Shown here: positions 63,802-64,000 of the stretch, one piece after another
How the letters are laid out: each line of letters opens with the position of its first letter
Numbering within the stretch: position 1 is the first letter of the stretch
DNA from: Raillietiella orientalis
Lineage: Eukaryota
Assembly: GCA_036172245.1 (NCBI GenBank)
Contig: JAYWIR010000012.1
Span: 124,001-188,000 of the forward strand
Length of the DNA stretch: 64,000 bases
Direction: 5' to 3'
Program-made: the position numbers and the translations under genes
Notes under the pieces: generated by a model
Told to the model about the DNA's origin: nothing
The model's database searches: none
What the model saw: the letters and a program-made list of their open reading frames with translations, nothing else

Positions 63802-64000
63802 TCAGGTGTGTATATACATAAGCTTTATGGCTATACAAAAATGAAATGTACATTATACTTTGGTACAGCAATTTTACCTTCACCAGAGCAGCTGCTTGCT
63901 TTCGAATCAATTATTCTAATACTGGGCCAACTGCAGATTATGGCTTACCTCTTTGTTTATTTACAAATTTACTATTACTGGATAAGTGCTTGGATTGAAA
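63802..64000 (-). CDS. Possible 3' end of an unidentified minus-strand gene; complement(join(63802..63830,63878..63898,63949..>64000))
   Basis: Two minus-strand GT-AG introns of 50 nt (GTAAGC...AAAG) and 47 nt (GTAAAA...TTTTTGTATAG) match the local intron size. One phase reads FQSKHLSSNSKFVNKQRASSCSGEAIKLMYIHT*. No homology recognised and the phase is uncertain. Confidence 0.3.

Overview
Eukaryotic (invertebrate, probably arthropod) genomic DNA containing two intact spliced + strand genes in a dense field of decayed transposable elements. (1) A 4-exon, 420-aa class A peptide GPCR of the FMRFamide/CNMamide-receptor-like group, join(2642..3400,21714..21891,21940..22048,23376..23592), whose 18.3-kb first intron is filled with TE relics. 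(2) A compact 6-exon, 342-aa AHSA1/Aha1 Hsp90 co-chaperone gene (57652..58920) with 45-57-nt introns. The intervening sequence holds at least 9 fragments of one L1/Tx1-like LINE family that share a 3' AATAAA plus CCCGG-N5-CCGGG stem-loop terminus. It also holds an R2/NeSL-type RLE endonuclease relic, probable Penelope-like relics, two closely related mariner copies, a dead piggyBac transposase, two piggyBac-like MITEs and an AT-rich Mutator-like foldback element. Almost all ORFs in the supplied track are chance ORFs in GC-rich TE debris. I found no convincing novel multi-gene system. The most interesting signals are small structural ones: the LINE 3' stem-loop, a microhomology-joined chimeric copy of GPCR exon 1, a degenerate hammerhead-like fold, nested insertions and a CpG-rich/CpG-poor domain switch. 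All identity estimates come from reading by eye, not from computation.
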